From the NCBI GenBank assembly GCA_964016885.1, contig OZ024740.1, forward strand, positions 328,662,001 to 328,726,000: a stretch of 64,000 nt of DNA, read 5' to 3'. A program made the translations under genes and the position numbers. Below, piece by piece: positions 12,664 to 22,986 of the stretch (positions within the stretch are counted from its first letter, which is position 1; every line of letters starts with the position of its first letter). Under the pieces are notes generated by a model. The model ran no database searches. It saw nothing but the letters and a program-made list of their open reading frames with translations, and was not told the origin of the DNA. The stretch comes from Eledone cirrhosa (taxonomy: Eukaryota).

Positions 12664-15600
12664 ATGACCTCACTCAGAATAGGCAGCATAAATGCGCGTG
12701 GCTTGGGGTCGTCATGGAAGCAGGGTCACCTGCTCAACGACCTCAGGTCACTAAACATAGATGTAGTGGCCATCAGCGAGACCAGAATCTCCGAAGCACG
12801 GGCCTTCGCACCGATCTTCGGCGGCTACGATGTGTACGCATCTCCCAGCCGTCCTGGATCGGGTGGAGGAGTTGCTGTGCTTTTTCGGAGAGGTTTGGAT
12901 CTCGCCATACGGGCCATCTTCCTGGACCCAGAGGGTAAGCTGGTGGTGCTGGACGTGACCAGCGGAGACGGGCAAGCTTTCAGGCTAGTGGCCGTCTATG
13001 CCCCGACAGGAGCAGGGCGGCCTGATTTCTTCCGGCGTCTGGAGACCTTTCTTGGAACGTCCCGCTCTTTAGTGTTAGTGGGCGACTGGAACGGGATCTT
13101 AGATGCACGCTGGGACTGTGTGGGATTAGCGGATAGGGGTGGAGGGTGCAAGAGCCTCACCAACCTGCTCAGGCGTTTTGAACTGTCTGACAGGTACCGA
13201 TTGGATTTCCCGAATGTGCCAATGTGGACTTGGACAAACCGCATAGGGTCATCCAGATCATATCTAGATAGAGTATTTTGTAGGGAAATAGATAGGTCTA
13301 GCATAGGCTGTCCACAATTAGAGATAGTCAGCTACACGGACCACAAATTCGTGACCTGTGTGCTTGACTTAGATAGGCTTCATAGACGAGGACCCGGCTA
13401 CTGGAAGCTAAACGCGTCCTTACCAGCGCGCAAGGCCTACAGAGACCGGATTAGCGAACTAGTTAAGCGGGCGTTGACGGGGGCCATCGTCAACAACAAG
13501 TGGTGGTTTGCTCTGAAAAGAGCGATTAGAATAGAATCGATTAGGTTTAGTAAGGCTTTAGCAATAGAGAAAAATAGAGCAGAGGGAGAACTAGTTAGAA
13601 AATTAGACGAGGCGCTTAGCAAAGGCATTGCGACCGACGTGCTTGCGGCGAAATTGGCCCTTGACCAATTCTTCAATGCAAAGCACGAAGGCTGCGTTGT
13701 CAGAGCTAGGGTGCGTGCTCTCAGACACGAGGGGACGAAAGCCGTTCAATGGGCCCGAGTGGCGGAGGCGCGTCGTGGCAACAAAGCCACGATCCGGTCT
13801 TTGGTGGACCACGACGGGCGCATGCTACTCGATCCCGGGCAAATGTGTGAAGCTTTTCAGCGACACTTCGCTCAGCTGTTCGGGGGCAGCGGGGGGCCGG
13901 GTAGAGGGATGGACTTTAGTGTCTACCTCGACGGACTGCCGCGGCTCTCGGCCACTGAGGCGAGGTGTTGCGAAAAGCCGATAACAGCCGCTGAAGTACG
14001 GGAGGCAATGACTGGCTGCACAAGGGGTAAATCGCCTGGTTTGGATGGTCTGCCCTATGAACTTTACGTACAGATGCCAGACTTGTTCGGAGGCCTCTTG
14101 GCGGACGTCTACTGCAACTGGCAACAGAACGGGAGAATTCCCAGTTCTGTGAGCCGAGGAGCGGTGGCACTGCTGAGAAAGGATCCGAACAAGGGGGATA
14201 ACATAGACAATTTCCGGCCCATAACTCTGCTAAACACAGAGTTTAAGATTTTGGCCAAGGTGCTAGCAAAGAGGTTGGCGCTTGTCGTTGGTGGTCTGGT
14301 GGGAGAGGCGCAGACATGCGCCATTCCCGACAGATCCATCCACGACAACCTCCACCTCATGCGATACATCGTAGAGAGGGTAGCTAGGGAACCTGGCACG
14401 GGTGGATCCTTGATCAATTTAGATCAGTCGAAAGCTTTCGATAGGGTCGACCATCGTTACCTAGCGGCAGTCCTGAGGGCGGCTGGCTTTGGGCCCGTCT
14501 TCAGAGGCTGGATCGCTGCCATGCACAGCGACATCTGCTCTGTGGTGAGAGTGAACGGTCACCTGTCGGAACCGTTCAACATCATGCGCTCGGTCCGCCA
14601 AGGATGTCCCCTCTCGTCCCTCTTGTACGTATTGACTCTCGAGCCATTACTGCACAAACTGGAGACGTTGAGGGGAGTCCCGCGCGAACTAGGATGCGGA
14701 AGATCCGTGTCAGCATATGCGGACGATGTCACCGTAGTGGTGTCGAACGCCAAACACATCGAGGCGATCGGCACTACACTAAGAGAATACGAAGCGGTGA
14801 CAGGAGCAATGATCAACCAGGAAAAGTCAGTGGGCCTGCAGCTCGGCACCTGGAGAGGCAGGTCCATGCCGTCCAACAGCGTCGTCGGGCGCTGGACGGA
14901 CGGACCGGTTAAATTGCTAGGGGTCTGGTTCGGTCCGGACCTCCAGACGGACAAAAACTGGGACGAGGTGACGAGCAGGGTGGCTTCTCTCACCCAGAAA
15001 TGGGCGGAGAGGAAGCTATCCCTGAAAGGTCGAGCGGAGGTGGCTAACGCGTACATCGCGTCTGTCATCTGCTACCGCCTAACCGTCGTACCTTGTCCTA
15101 AGCCTCGCCTGACTGCGCTGGAGCGTTTGCTCTTTCGCTTTTTGTGGAATGGACGTGCTCCGATGGTCAGGCGGTCCATCTGTTGTCAACACCCGCTACG
15201 TGGAGGGCTGGGCATGCCGTGGCTGATGATGCGCAGGCACGCGCTCAGGCTACGACATCTCCACCTCTTCCTCGACGGTGATCAGGTGTGGTCGCCGTTT
15301 GCTAGACGCGTTTTTCCCCAGCTCGTTTCCTTGACGGAGCTGCAGTCCTGGGTCAAGCGAAGACCGAGAGGGAGCGCCTGGAGACTGGAATGTCTTCAGG
15401 CGCTCACAGCCCTCGACCAATCGGGCAATGTGATCGGTGGAAACTCCACCTCGGCGTTCTATAGAGGATTAGTGGAGGGGAAGAGCGACGACGTACTTGG
15501 GGAAACTCTAGGCGTCGACGAAAATCAACTAGCCAATCTCTTCGGAAGAACTTTCGGGCCGGGGCCTATGGACAACTTCCAGAAATCTCTGGCCTGGCAG

Positions 15601-16083
15601 TGCTACCGAGGAGCCTTGCCAGTTCGGGATAAACTCTACAGGCATGGAGGTGCCGTCAGCCGGGCATGTCCGAGATGCGCGCAGGGCGACGAAACCGTCC
15701 TGCACGCACTCGTCCAGTGTCCGAAAATTGCTGACTTGTGGGTTTATGTCGAACACCTGCTGTCGCGTTTAGGACGGATCCAGCTATCATCTGAGTCTAT
15801 CGTGAGGATTGCCCCGCCCTCCTCCTTTAGCCGGGAAGGGCAGGCAGTTTTTATCTGTCTGGTGGCCATGGCGAAAGAGATAGTATGGTGGACACGTTTG
15901 AAAGGGCTGAAGACGAGCACTTACCTCTTCGGTGATGCTCTGATTGACTTTTTCAAATTTCATTTGAAAAGGAAAATCAGAGTAGAGAAGGAAGTGCTCT
16001 CTTCCCAGCATTTTGTTGAAAGATGGGTGAGAGAAGCAAGAATGGCCCGAGTGAATGGGCCGACTCTGAGTATATATCTGTAA
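12664..16083 (+). CDS. ORF2: APE endonuclease + reverse transcriptase + C-terminal zinc finger, intact 1139 aa
   Basis: SINARG, ISET, VYAP, GDWN, SYLD and TDHK (APE); KSPGLDG, FRPITLLN, KAFD, QGCPLS and YADD (RT); CPRC..ETVLHALVQC. Confidence 0.96.
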   Translation: MTSLRIGSINARGLGSSWKQGHLLNDLRSLNIDVVAISETRISEARAFAPIFGGYDVYASPSRPGSGGGVAVLFRRGLDLAIRAIFLDPEGKLVVLDVTSGDGQAFRLVAVYAPTGAGRPDFFRRLETFLGTSRSLVLVGDWNGILDARWDCVGLADRGGGCKSLTNLLRRFELSDRYRLDFPNVPMWTWTNRIGSSRSYLDRVFCREIDRSSIGCPQLEIVSYTDHKFVTCVLDLDRLHRRGPGYWKLNASLPARKAYRDRISELVKRALTGAIVNNKWWFALKRAIRIESIRFSKALAIEKNRAEGELVRKLDEALSKGIATDVLAAKLALDQFFNAKHEGCVVRARVRALRHEGTKAVQWARVAEARRGNKATIRSLVDHDGRMLLDPGQMCEAFQRHFAQLFGGSGGPGRGMDFSVYLDGLPRLSATEARCCEKPITAAEVREAMTGCTRGKSPGLDGLPYELYVQMPDLFGGLLADVYCNWQQNGRIPSSVSRGAVALLRKDPNKGDNIDNFRPITLLNTEFKILAKVLAKRLALVVGGLVGEAQTCAIPDRSIHDNLHLMRYIVERVAREPGTGGSLINLDQSKAFDRVDHRYLAAVLRAAGFGPVFRGWIAAMHSDICSVVRVNGHLSEPFNIMRSVRQGCPLSSLLYVLTLEPLLHKLETLRGVPRELGCGRSVSAYADDVTVVVSNAKHIEAIGTTLREYEAVTGAMINQEKSVGLQLGTWRGRSMPSNSVVGRWTDGPVKLLGVWFGPDLQTDKNWDEVTSRVASLTQKWAERKLSLKGRAEVANAYIASVICYRLTVVPCPKPRLTALERLLFRFLWNGRAPMVRRSICCQHPLRGGLGMPWLMMRRHALRLRHLHLFLDGDQVWSPFARRVFPQLVSLTELQSWVKRRPRGSAWRLECLQALTALDQSGNVIGGNSTSAFYRGLVEGKSDDVLGETLGVDENQLANLFGRTFGPGPMDNFQKSLAWQCYRGALPVRDKLYRHGGAVSRACPRCAQGDETVLHALVQCPKIADLWVYVEHLLSRLGRIQLSSESIVRIAPPSSFSREGQAVFICLVAMAKEIVWWTRLKGLKTSTYLFGDALIDFFKFHLKRKIRVEKEVLSSQHFVERWVREARMARVNGPTLSIYL

Positions 16084-16343
16084 ACTAAAGGTGGAAAACT
16101 GGGAGAGGGCACTTGCCTTGGTGGTCAGGGTCATTGTGGCTTTTTACTGGGCTTTCTCCACAAATGTCCCTCCGAAGTCTCCCCCCTATTGGGGAATTTT
16201 TCATTGTTATTTTCATTGTTATTTTTGTTACATCCTCTGTTTTTGTTTTTTTACACGCAGAAATGCCCATTTGTACCGTCCTGCATTGTCCTGCACTGTC
16301 CTTAATGTCTACTTTATGTAAACCCTTGTGGTTAATAAAGAAA

Positions 16344-16384
<41 letters not shown>

Positions 16385-16396
16385 GTTATTGTTATT

Positions 16397-19300
16397 CCTT
16401 GAATCTCAGTCATTGATGTTGGTTAACTGGAAAGTCCGTTGGATTGAATATCAAGCCACTACCTGCAGCCTCAGATATTCAGGACGTATCGGAGGGTTCT
16501 TGCCGTTCCAAGCAAGCATGCCTTTTGAAGCGTTCCAAAAAGCGTGAAGGGGCCGATTTTCTTTAACCATCCCTGGAAACCTTTGGAGATAGTCCCCAGT
16601 GCGCCTATGACAATCGGGATCACTTTGACTTCATGGCAGTTCCAAATCCTTTTCACCTCCCATTTTAGGTCCTGGTATCGGTTAATTTTCTCCCTCTCCT
16701 TCTCTTGCACTCTCGTGTCGAACGGGCAGGCCACATCCACAATCAGGCACGATCTTTTTTCTTTGTCCACAACCACCAGGTCAGGTCTATTGTGTTCCAG
16801 TTTTTTGTCCGTCTGTATCCTAAAATCCCACAGCACCTTCACCTGACTGTTCTCCATCACCGCCTCTGGCCTATGCTCATACCATTTCTCAGAATGTGGT
16901 AGATTGTTTACTTTGCACAGGTGCCAGTGGATCACCCTGCCCATCACATCGTGTCTCCAGCCCTTATAGTGGGTCTGGGCTAGGTGTTTACACTCGGACA
17001 CAATGTGAGCCACAGTCTCCTCTCTCTCTCCACAGATCCTGCACAGTGGGCTAGCCTCCTCCTTGTAGATATGGTGCTTCAACCACTTCGTTTTGAGGGC
17101 CTGCTCCTGCGCAGCCATTAGCATTCCTTCTGTAGCCTTTTTGAGGTCTCCTCTTCTCAACCAGTTCCATGTCTGTGGATCTCTAAATTCAGTTTTCTCA
17201 AAGAAGGTACTATGAAGGGATTTTCCCTTAAGGCTGCTCTTCCTCCTTGATGTTATTTCCTCCTTGGGTATCCCCTGGCCTACTGTCCCCTCCTTCAGTA
17301 CAGCTCTGAGCATTGGCTCCTTACTATAGGTCACGTATTTGTATAGGTTGTTTTTCTCCATCTGAACACAGTCCTCTATGCTGATAAGACCTCTTCCACC
17401 CTCAGATCTCCTTAGGTAGAGTCTATCGACATCACTCCTCTTGTGGAACATGTTGTAGATAGTCAATAGCTTCCTAGTCTTCCTATCCATTTCTTTTTGT
17501 TCAGCAACATTCCATCTCAGAATTCCCGCACTGTACCTAATAATAGACACAGCTCGGGAATTTACTGCGCTTATGGCATTTCTGCTGTTCAGATGTGACT
17601 TCAATACGCTCCTTACTCTCCGAATGTATTCAGTTCTTAACAATTCCTTCATTTTTTTGTTCTTTATGCCATCAGCCTCCAGAACGCCCAAATACTTGTA
17701 TCCTTCCTCAGAGTCAATTTCCTTTATCATCTCACCTGTTGGTATCTGGATCCCGTTACTTCTGCTCAACCTACCCCTCCTCATCACAATGACTCCACAT
17801 TTACCAATACCAAACTGCATACATATATCACTGCTGCAAATACGGACAGTGTCAACAAGCACATCCAACTCCTTCTCACTTTTCCCGAAGAGCTTAAGAT
17901 CGTCCATGAAGAGGAGGTGATTGATGGTAAGCTCTCCCCTTCCCAACTTGTATCCTGCTCTCACTTTTCGCAGCATAATGGTCAAGGGCATCAGGGCAAG
18001 GACAAACAACAGAGGGGACAGGCTATCTCCCTGGAAGATACCTCTCTTGATCTTCACGCTTCCCAAGGATACTCCAGTTGATGTCAACTCTGTCTCCCAG
18101 GACCCCATACTCCTGCCCAGCAACTGTCTGATGTTATCTGCCACCCTGAAGATCTCCAGGCTTTTGGTGATCCAGGAATGAGGCACCATGTCAAATGCCT
18201 TTCTGTAGTCTATCCATCCCATGGCAAGATCAGTGTGTCTCCTCCTGCAATTCCCCATTACCATCTTATCAATAAGCAACTGGTCCTTTGTACCACGTGA
18301 CTTCTTTCGGCATCCTTTCTGTTCGTCCGGCAACAAGTTGTTTGTGTGGAGGTGATGGTAGATTTCCTCAGACACAATGCTCGTCAACAGTTTCCACATT
18401 ACGGGCAGACATGTGATAGGTCTATAGTTGGTAACATCATTACCCTTGATTCGGTCTTTCATTATCAGAACTGTGGTACCCTTTGTCAACCACTCTGGCA
18501 CCTCACCCGACACCAAGCAGTCATTGAACATGGCCGTCAGCTTCGGGTGGAGGGATGTTAAATGTTTAATCCAATACCCCTGCACACCATCTGGGCCTGG
18601 TGATTTCCAGTTGGTTAGTTTTTTGGCTTGCCCCTTAAGAGTTTCAACTGTGATACTCAAATCAGTCTGTTGCTGTGCCTGCTCACCGATCTCCCTCTGT
18701 ACTGTCTCAATCCACCCTGCCTGGGCATTGTGTCTAACATCCTGCTCCCATATTCCTCTCCAGAATGTTTTAGCTTGTTCCGCCCCAGGGATCAAGTCGG
18801 TGCCTCTTTCTTTCCCCTCAAGCTGTCCAAACAGCATCTTCTGGTTGTTGTCGAACATGCGGTTCTGTTTATACTGACTGACTCTGTTCTCGTATCGCCT
18901 GATTTTGGCACTCTTTGCTACAATGCGTTGCTTCAATTCCTCTATGATAATATTTAGCTTTTTACTCCTAGTTTTGTATTTTATTTCCAGTCTATTTTTA
19001 GTGCCTATGTTTTTTAGTGTCCCATTCAGTAGTGACTCAAGCTTTCCTATGTCATTTCTCATTTCCCCGATTTGCCCACTCAGTCGCTTCTTCCACCACG
19101 GCTCTGCTCTTTCTTGTCTGCTGTTTCCTCTCGCTTTTATACCAAGTAGTTTCCTCACCGTATTTGCTGTTGCTTTGAGGATATTGTTGCACTGGTGAAG
19201 ACTCCTCGCCTCAAGGTATGGGATGACTTTGTTTACCTTAGCTGTTGTTTCTTTTAACTTTTTCCTGTCTACAAATCTTAGGTTCATAGGTCTCCCACTA

Positions 19301-20268
19301 TCATTGTTCAACTCATCTACCACTAAATTTAGGATGTCAACCGAATCTTGTCCTAGCCCGTCAGCATTCATCTCCTCAGTGGCCGTATCTCTGTTCCAGG
19401 TATTATTTATCTCAGTATTCAGATCATTGTCTGCTTCGGGTGGTTCCTCCGCTCTCAGGACCTCCTCACCTTCATTTCCCGCCGGCTCGCTTGTCTGGCA
19501 TACTACACCCGCCATCTCCAAGCCATTCTCTCTGCTCAGTTCCTCCAGTTCCAGCTCGCTTATCCACCCATTAGTTCTTATTACCCGAGCCTGCCCGGCC
19601 AATTTTTGTTCATCTAATTTAAATAAACCAATCTCGTTCCAGATGTTATGCATCCGTCTCCTGTAGCCCCTCTCCTTGGGGTTACTTTTCAGGTAGCATT
19701 GCATAACAGTTCTATTCAATTCTTTCGTCCAGTTGGTTCTGGCCCCTTTCCTTCTTCTTCTTCCTCCAACATCAGCAGTATTTCGTTGACAGTCAGGTTC
19801 CTGCTGCTGAGCCAGGGGGCACCTGTTGGGTGAGAGTCTGTCACATGACGTTCTAGTCTCCATTTCACCGTTATTCGAACTGTTTATGTTCGATATTTAA
19901 ACACTCTTATCGAGGATTGGCGAATGTATGTTTACATAGCCATCTGTGGATCCGCCATCCCACTTGGCCCTTGTGTGGCATTATCACCACGCTGTATACG
20001 GACACACATAAACAAACAAACACACGGGCAGAAAGGGCCCCAAAAATGAATAAGCATAAGTTTCATTGTAATGTAGTATTCGAATGTCTGACTTAGTTTT
20101 TGTTTTTTAAGTTTTACTTTTTCCCCCCTCTTCTCTGTCCGTCCGCCTGCTTCTCTCTTCATTCTTATTTTCTTTACGTTTTTGGGGTTTCTTTTTTTGT
20201 TTTTGTTTTTCTCTGTTTTTCTCGTTTTTTACTGTTGTTGCTGTGCTGCTTTTGTTGTTTGTTTTTTC
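16397..20268 (-). mobile_element. R4/Dong-clade non-LTR retrotransposon, apparently full length
   Basis: Single ORF with ~400-nt 5' and ~75-nt 3' UTRs, bounded by (TAA)n on its own strand at both ends. Dong elements are known to target TAA repeats. Confidence 0.9.
16471..19863 (-). CDS. RT + CCHC zinc finger + restriction-like endonuclease (RLE), intact 1130 aa
   Basis: WKSPGPDG, NYRPITCL, DYRKAFD, GIFQGDSLSP, LFMDD; CRICGEREETVAHIVSEC..RHD; RPDLVVVD..IVDVACP..EKINRYQDL. Confidence 0.95.
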   Translation of the reverse strand: METRTSCDRLSPNRCPLAQQQEPDCQRNTADVGGRRRRKGARTNWTKELNRTVMQCYLKSNPKERGYRRRMHNIWNEIGLFKLDEQKLAGQARVIRTNGWISELELEELSRENGLEMAGVVCQTSEPAGNEGEEVLRAEEPPEADNDLNTEINNTWNRDTATEEMNADGLGQDSVDILNLVVDELNNDSGRPMNLRFVDRKKLKETTAKVNKVIPYLEARSLHQCNNILKATANTVRKLLGIKARGNSRQERAEPWWKKRLSGQIGEMRNDIGKLESLLNGTLKNIGTKNRLEIKYKTRSKKLNIIIEELKQRIVAKSAKIRRYENRVSQYKQNRMFDNNQKMLFGQLEGKERGTDLIPGAEQAKTFWRGIWEQDVRHNAQAGWIETVQREIGEQAQQQTDLSITVETLKGQAKKLTNWKSPGPDGVQGYWIKHLTSLHPKLTAMFNDCLVSGEVPEWLTKGTTVLIMKDRIKGNDVTNYRPITCLPVMWKLLTSIVSEEIYHHLHTNNLLPDEQKGCRKKSRGTKDQLLIDKMVMGNCRRRHTDLAMGWIDYRKAFDMVPHSWITKSLEIFRVADNIRQLLGRSMGSWETELTSTGVSLGSVKIKRGIFQGDSLSPLLFVLALMPLTIMLRKVRAGYKLGRGELTINHLLFMDDLKLFGKSEKELDVLVDTVRICSSDICMQFGIGKCGVIVMRRGRLSRSNGIQIPTGEMIKEIDSEEGYKYLGVLEADGIKNKKMKELLRTEYIRRVRSVLKSHLNSRNAISAVNSRAVSIIRYSAGILRWNVAEQKEMDRKTRKLLTIYNMFHKRSDVDRLYLRRSEGGRGLISIEDCVQMEKNNLYKYVTYSKEPMLRAVLKEGTVGQGIPKEEITSRRKSSLKGKSLHSTFFEKTEFRDPQTWNWLRRGDLKKATEGMLMAAQEQALKTKWLKHHIYKEEASPLCRICGEREETVAHIVSECKHLAQTHYKGWRHDVMGRVIHWHLCKVNNLPHSEKWYEHRPEAVMENSQVKVLWDFRIQTDKKLEHNRPDLVVVDKEKRSCLIVDVACPFDTRVQEKEREKINRYQDLKWEVKRIWNCHEVKVIPIVIGALGTISKGFQGWLKKIGPFTLFGTLQKACLLGTARTLRYVLNI

Positions 20269-20313
<45 letters not shown>

Positions 20314-20314
<1 letters not shown>

Positions 20315-22959
20315 AGTTGCATTTATCTTGCTTTATGTTCATACGAGTTATCACCAAGTCACAACCAGTGACCTCAAGAGACAACAAGGTCCGCCATGTT
20401 CAAGAAAGAACATACATACTCACACATGCATCTTTAGTGTTTAGACTTGTGATGTACTTATATTGACAGAATCTTCCTTAGTATATGGGCAGTTACCATT
20501 AGTACTATCTTTTGTATTTCTCCTATACGCGGGTTTCCTGGGATTTGCGATAAGTAATCATTAGACCCCTTAGGTATCATTCCCAGAGCGCCCACAACCA
20601 CTGGTATCGTTTTAGTTCTCAATTTCCACATTTTTCCAATTTCTATCTCCAGGTCCTTATACTTGCTCAATTTTTCAAATGTTTTTATAGATACATTCTT
20701 GTCTATTGGAACAGACATATCAATTAGCAGGCATACTTTTTTTTTAAAGTCCTTCAATATTATATCAGGCCTATTTGCATCTATTTTTCGGTCTGTTTGG
20801 ATGCTAAAGTTCCACAAGATTGAGATGTGATCTTTTTCAAGTATGGGAGGTGGTTGATGCTCCCACCAATTCTTTTGATGGGGCAGGTCAAAATGCTTAC
20901 ACATTATCCAATGTATGTATTGTGCAGCTCTGTCATGCCTGTTTAGGTATTTGGTTGGAGCTATAGGACTGCACATTGAAATTATATGGTCAATGGTCTC
21001 TGGTTGTTTTTTGCATACACGGCATAATGGGCTGCATCCATTTTTTATTATGTTGGCTTGGTAATTTTTTTGTTGGCAGACACTGATCTTGTGCTGATAT
21101 AATCAGTCCTTCAGTCTCCGATTTCAGTCCAGAGGATGCCAACCACTGATGGGTTAAAGTTTTGTCAACATCAGGATTGTTAGCTCGCTCTGGGTATTTT
21201 CCATACAGAGGCTTTTCTTGCCATTTCTTAGCCAGTTTCTGTAGCAGTTCTTTCTTTGCAGTTACTTTTACCTGCTTTGCTTTTTTTGTGTTTTCCATTT
21301 CAGCAGTAAATGGGACTTCTGAAATTTGTAGTCCATTACTGTATCTTTGTGCATCTTTTGTAATGGAATATGATCTTTTGATGCTTTCGTGTTTCAAAAC
21401 GAGTTTGATCATCCAATCATGTGATTCCCTTAGATATGTAGATAATCCAATTGTTGCAGTTTTCAACGCAATGTCTAACTGGACTAACCCACGTCCTCAT
21501 TCTTTCCTAGGGAGATATATTCTATCTATATCTGCCTTAGGGTGATGCATTCTGTGCATGGTTAAGAATTTTCGAATTTTTGTATCGAGCCTACGGATCT
21601 CTGTGCTTGACCAGTTGATGACATTGTAACTGTAGGTTACTACTGGTATGGCAAGCGTGTTTATGGCATCGATCCTATTCCTTGCATTCAATTCCGTTCT
21701 TAAGATTGCTCTTACTCTGCGGTAACATTCCGTCCTTATCCTTTCCCTCATTGTCGAGTGCTTGATTCCGTCTCCTTCACAAACACCTAGATATTTGTAA
21801 GTTTTTTCTTGATCAAGTTCTCTTATCACGTTCCCCCGATCAAGATTAATGTCTGAACTCTTCAGCAGCTTTCCTCTGGTGAACGTTGCTTTGGCGCATT
21901 TATCTAGTCCAAACTCCATTTTAATGTCATCACTGAACTGCTCCACAGTGGATAATAGCCCTTGCAATTGTTCATCATTTTTTGCAAATAGTTTCAGGTC
22001 GTCCATGTAGAACAAGTGATTAATGGTTTTGTCATAGACTCTATATTCATGTTTTGTTTCATTGAGCATTTTACTTAATGGTATAAGTGCGATGCAGAAT
22101 AAAAGCGGTGATAAAGAGTCACCCTGAAAAATTCCACAATTAATATTAACTTCTCCAGCTTCCAGTGATTTTGTTTCACTATTCAAAAGGAGTGTCGTTT
22201 TCCATGTCTTCATACTGGATGACAAAAACCTCCTGACAACGGGGGATATTTTGAAAATCTCTAAACATTTTTCAATCCAACTGTGTGGCAAACTATCGAA
22301 TGCTTTTTTATAATCTATCCAAGCAATTGATAGATTTTTGTGTCTATTATGACAATCTTCCAGTATCATTTTGTTAACCAAAAGCTGATTCTTACAGCCA
22401 TATGAGCCTCGTTTACACCCTTTCTGCTCAATGGGAAATAGGTCATTTGTTATCAGGTGGTCATATGTGTATTCAGTTAGGACTGATGTTAAAATTTTAT
22501 ACATTGTGGTCAAGCAAGCTATCGGTCTGTAATTTTTGGGATTGTTTGTCTCATCATTCTTCGGAAGCAGGAATGTAATGCCGTTAACTAGCCATGATGG
22601 TATCTTTTCTGGCTCCTTAACTATTTCATTGTAAAGTTGGGCTAACAGCTCATGAGACTCTGTGAAGGCATTTATCCAAAAAAATTGTATTTTGTCTTTT
22701 CCTGGGGATTTCCATTTGCTGGTTTTTCTTAGAGCCAAGCGCAACTGTCCAACTGTTATGTTTTCCCATATTTGTTCCTCAAGGTGAGCTGTATCTTTCA
22801 TTTTCTGTCTATCCATGGGGCATGTATGTTATGAACTTTTTCTTCGGCCCAGATCTTTTCCCAGAATTCTTGCACTTCCTCCTTGGGTGGTATTGATTTA
22901 GCAGTTATTGTTGACTTACCAATTTTTCTGTAGAAGTTTCTTTGGTTGTTTTTGAACAT
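20314..22959 (-). mobile_element. Second R4/Dong-clade element (different subfamily), 5'-truncated, frameshifted
   Basis: ORF pieces 21497-22816 (GIFQGDSLSP, FYMDD), 20990-21466 and 20458-20976 (RHD, RPDIIL..IDMSVP..KLSKYKDL). Flanked by (ATT)n 20269-20313 and 22960-22986. Confidence 0.92.
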
Positions 22960-22986
22960 ATTATTATTATTATTATTATTATTATT

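Larger units (their letters stand above)
10332..16345 (+). mobile_element. Full-length Tx1/L1-clade LINE, copy A
   Basis: 5' UTR, ORF1, ORF2 and 3' UTR between (ATT)n 10302-10331 and 16346-16396. The 5' start matches copy B. Confidence 0.95.

Noticed and set aside
10653-19833. Long antisense ORFs over the LINEs
   Set aside because: Shadows of the coding strand or low-complexity tracts with no motifs.
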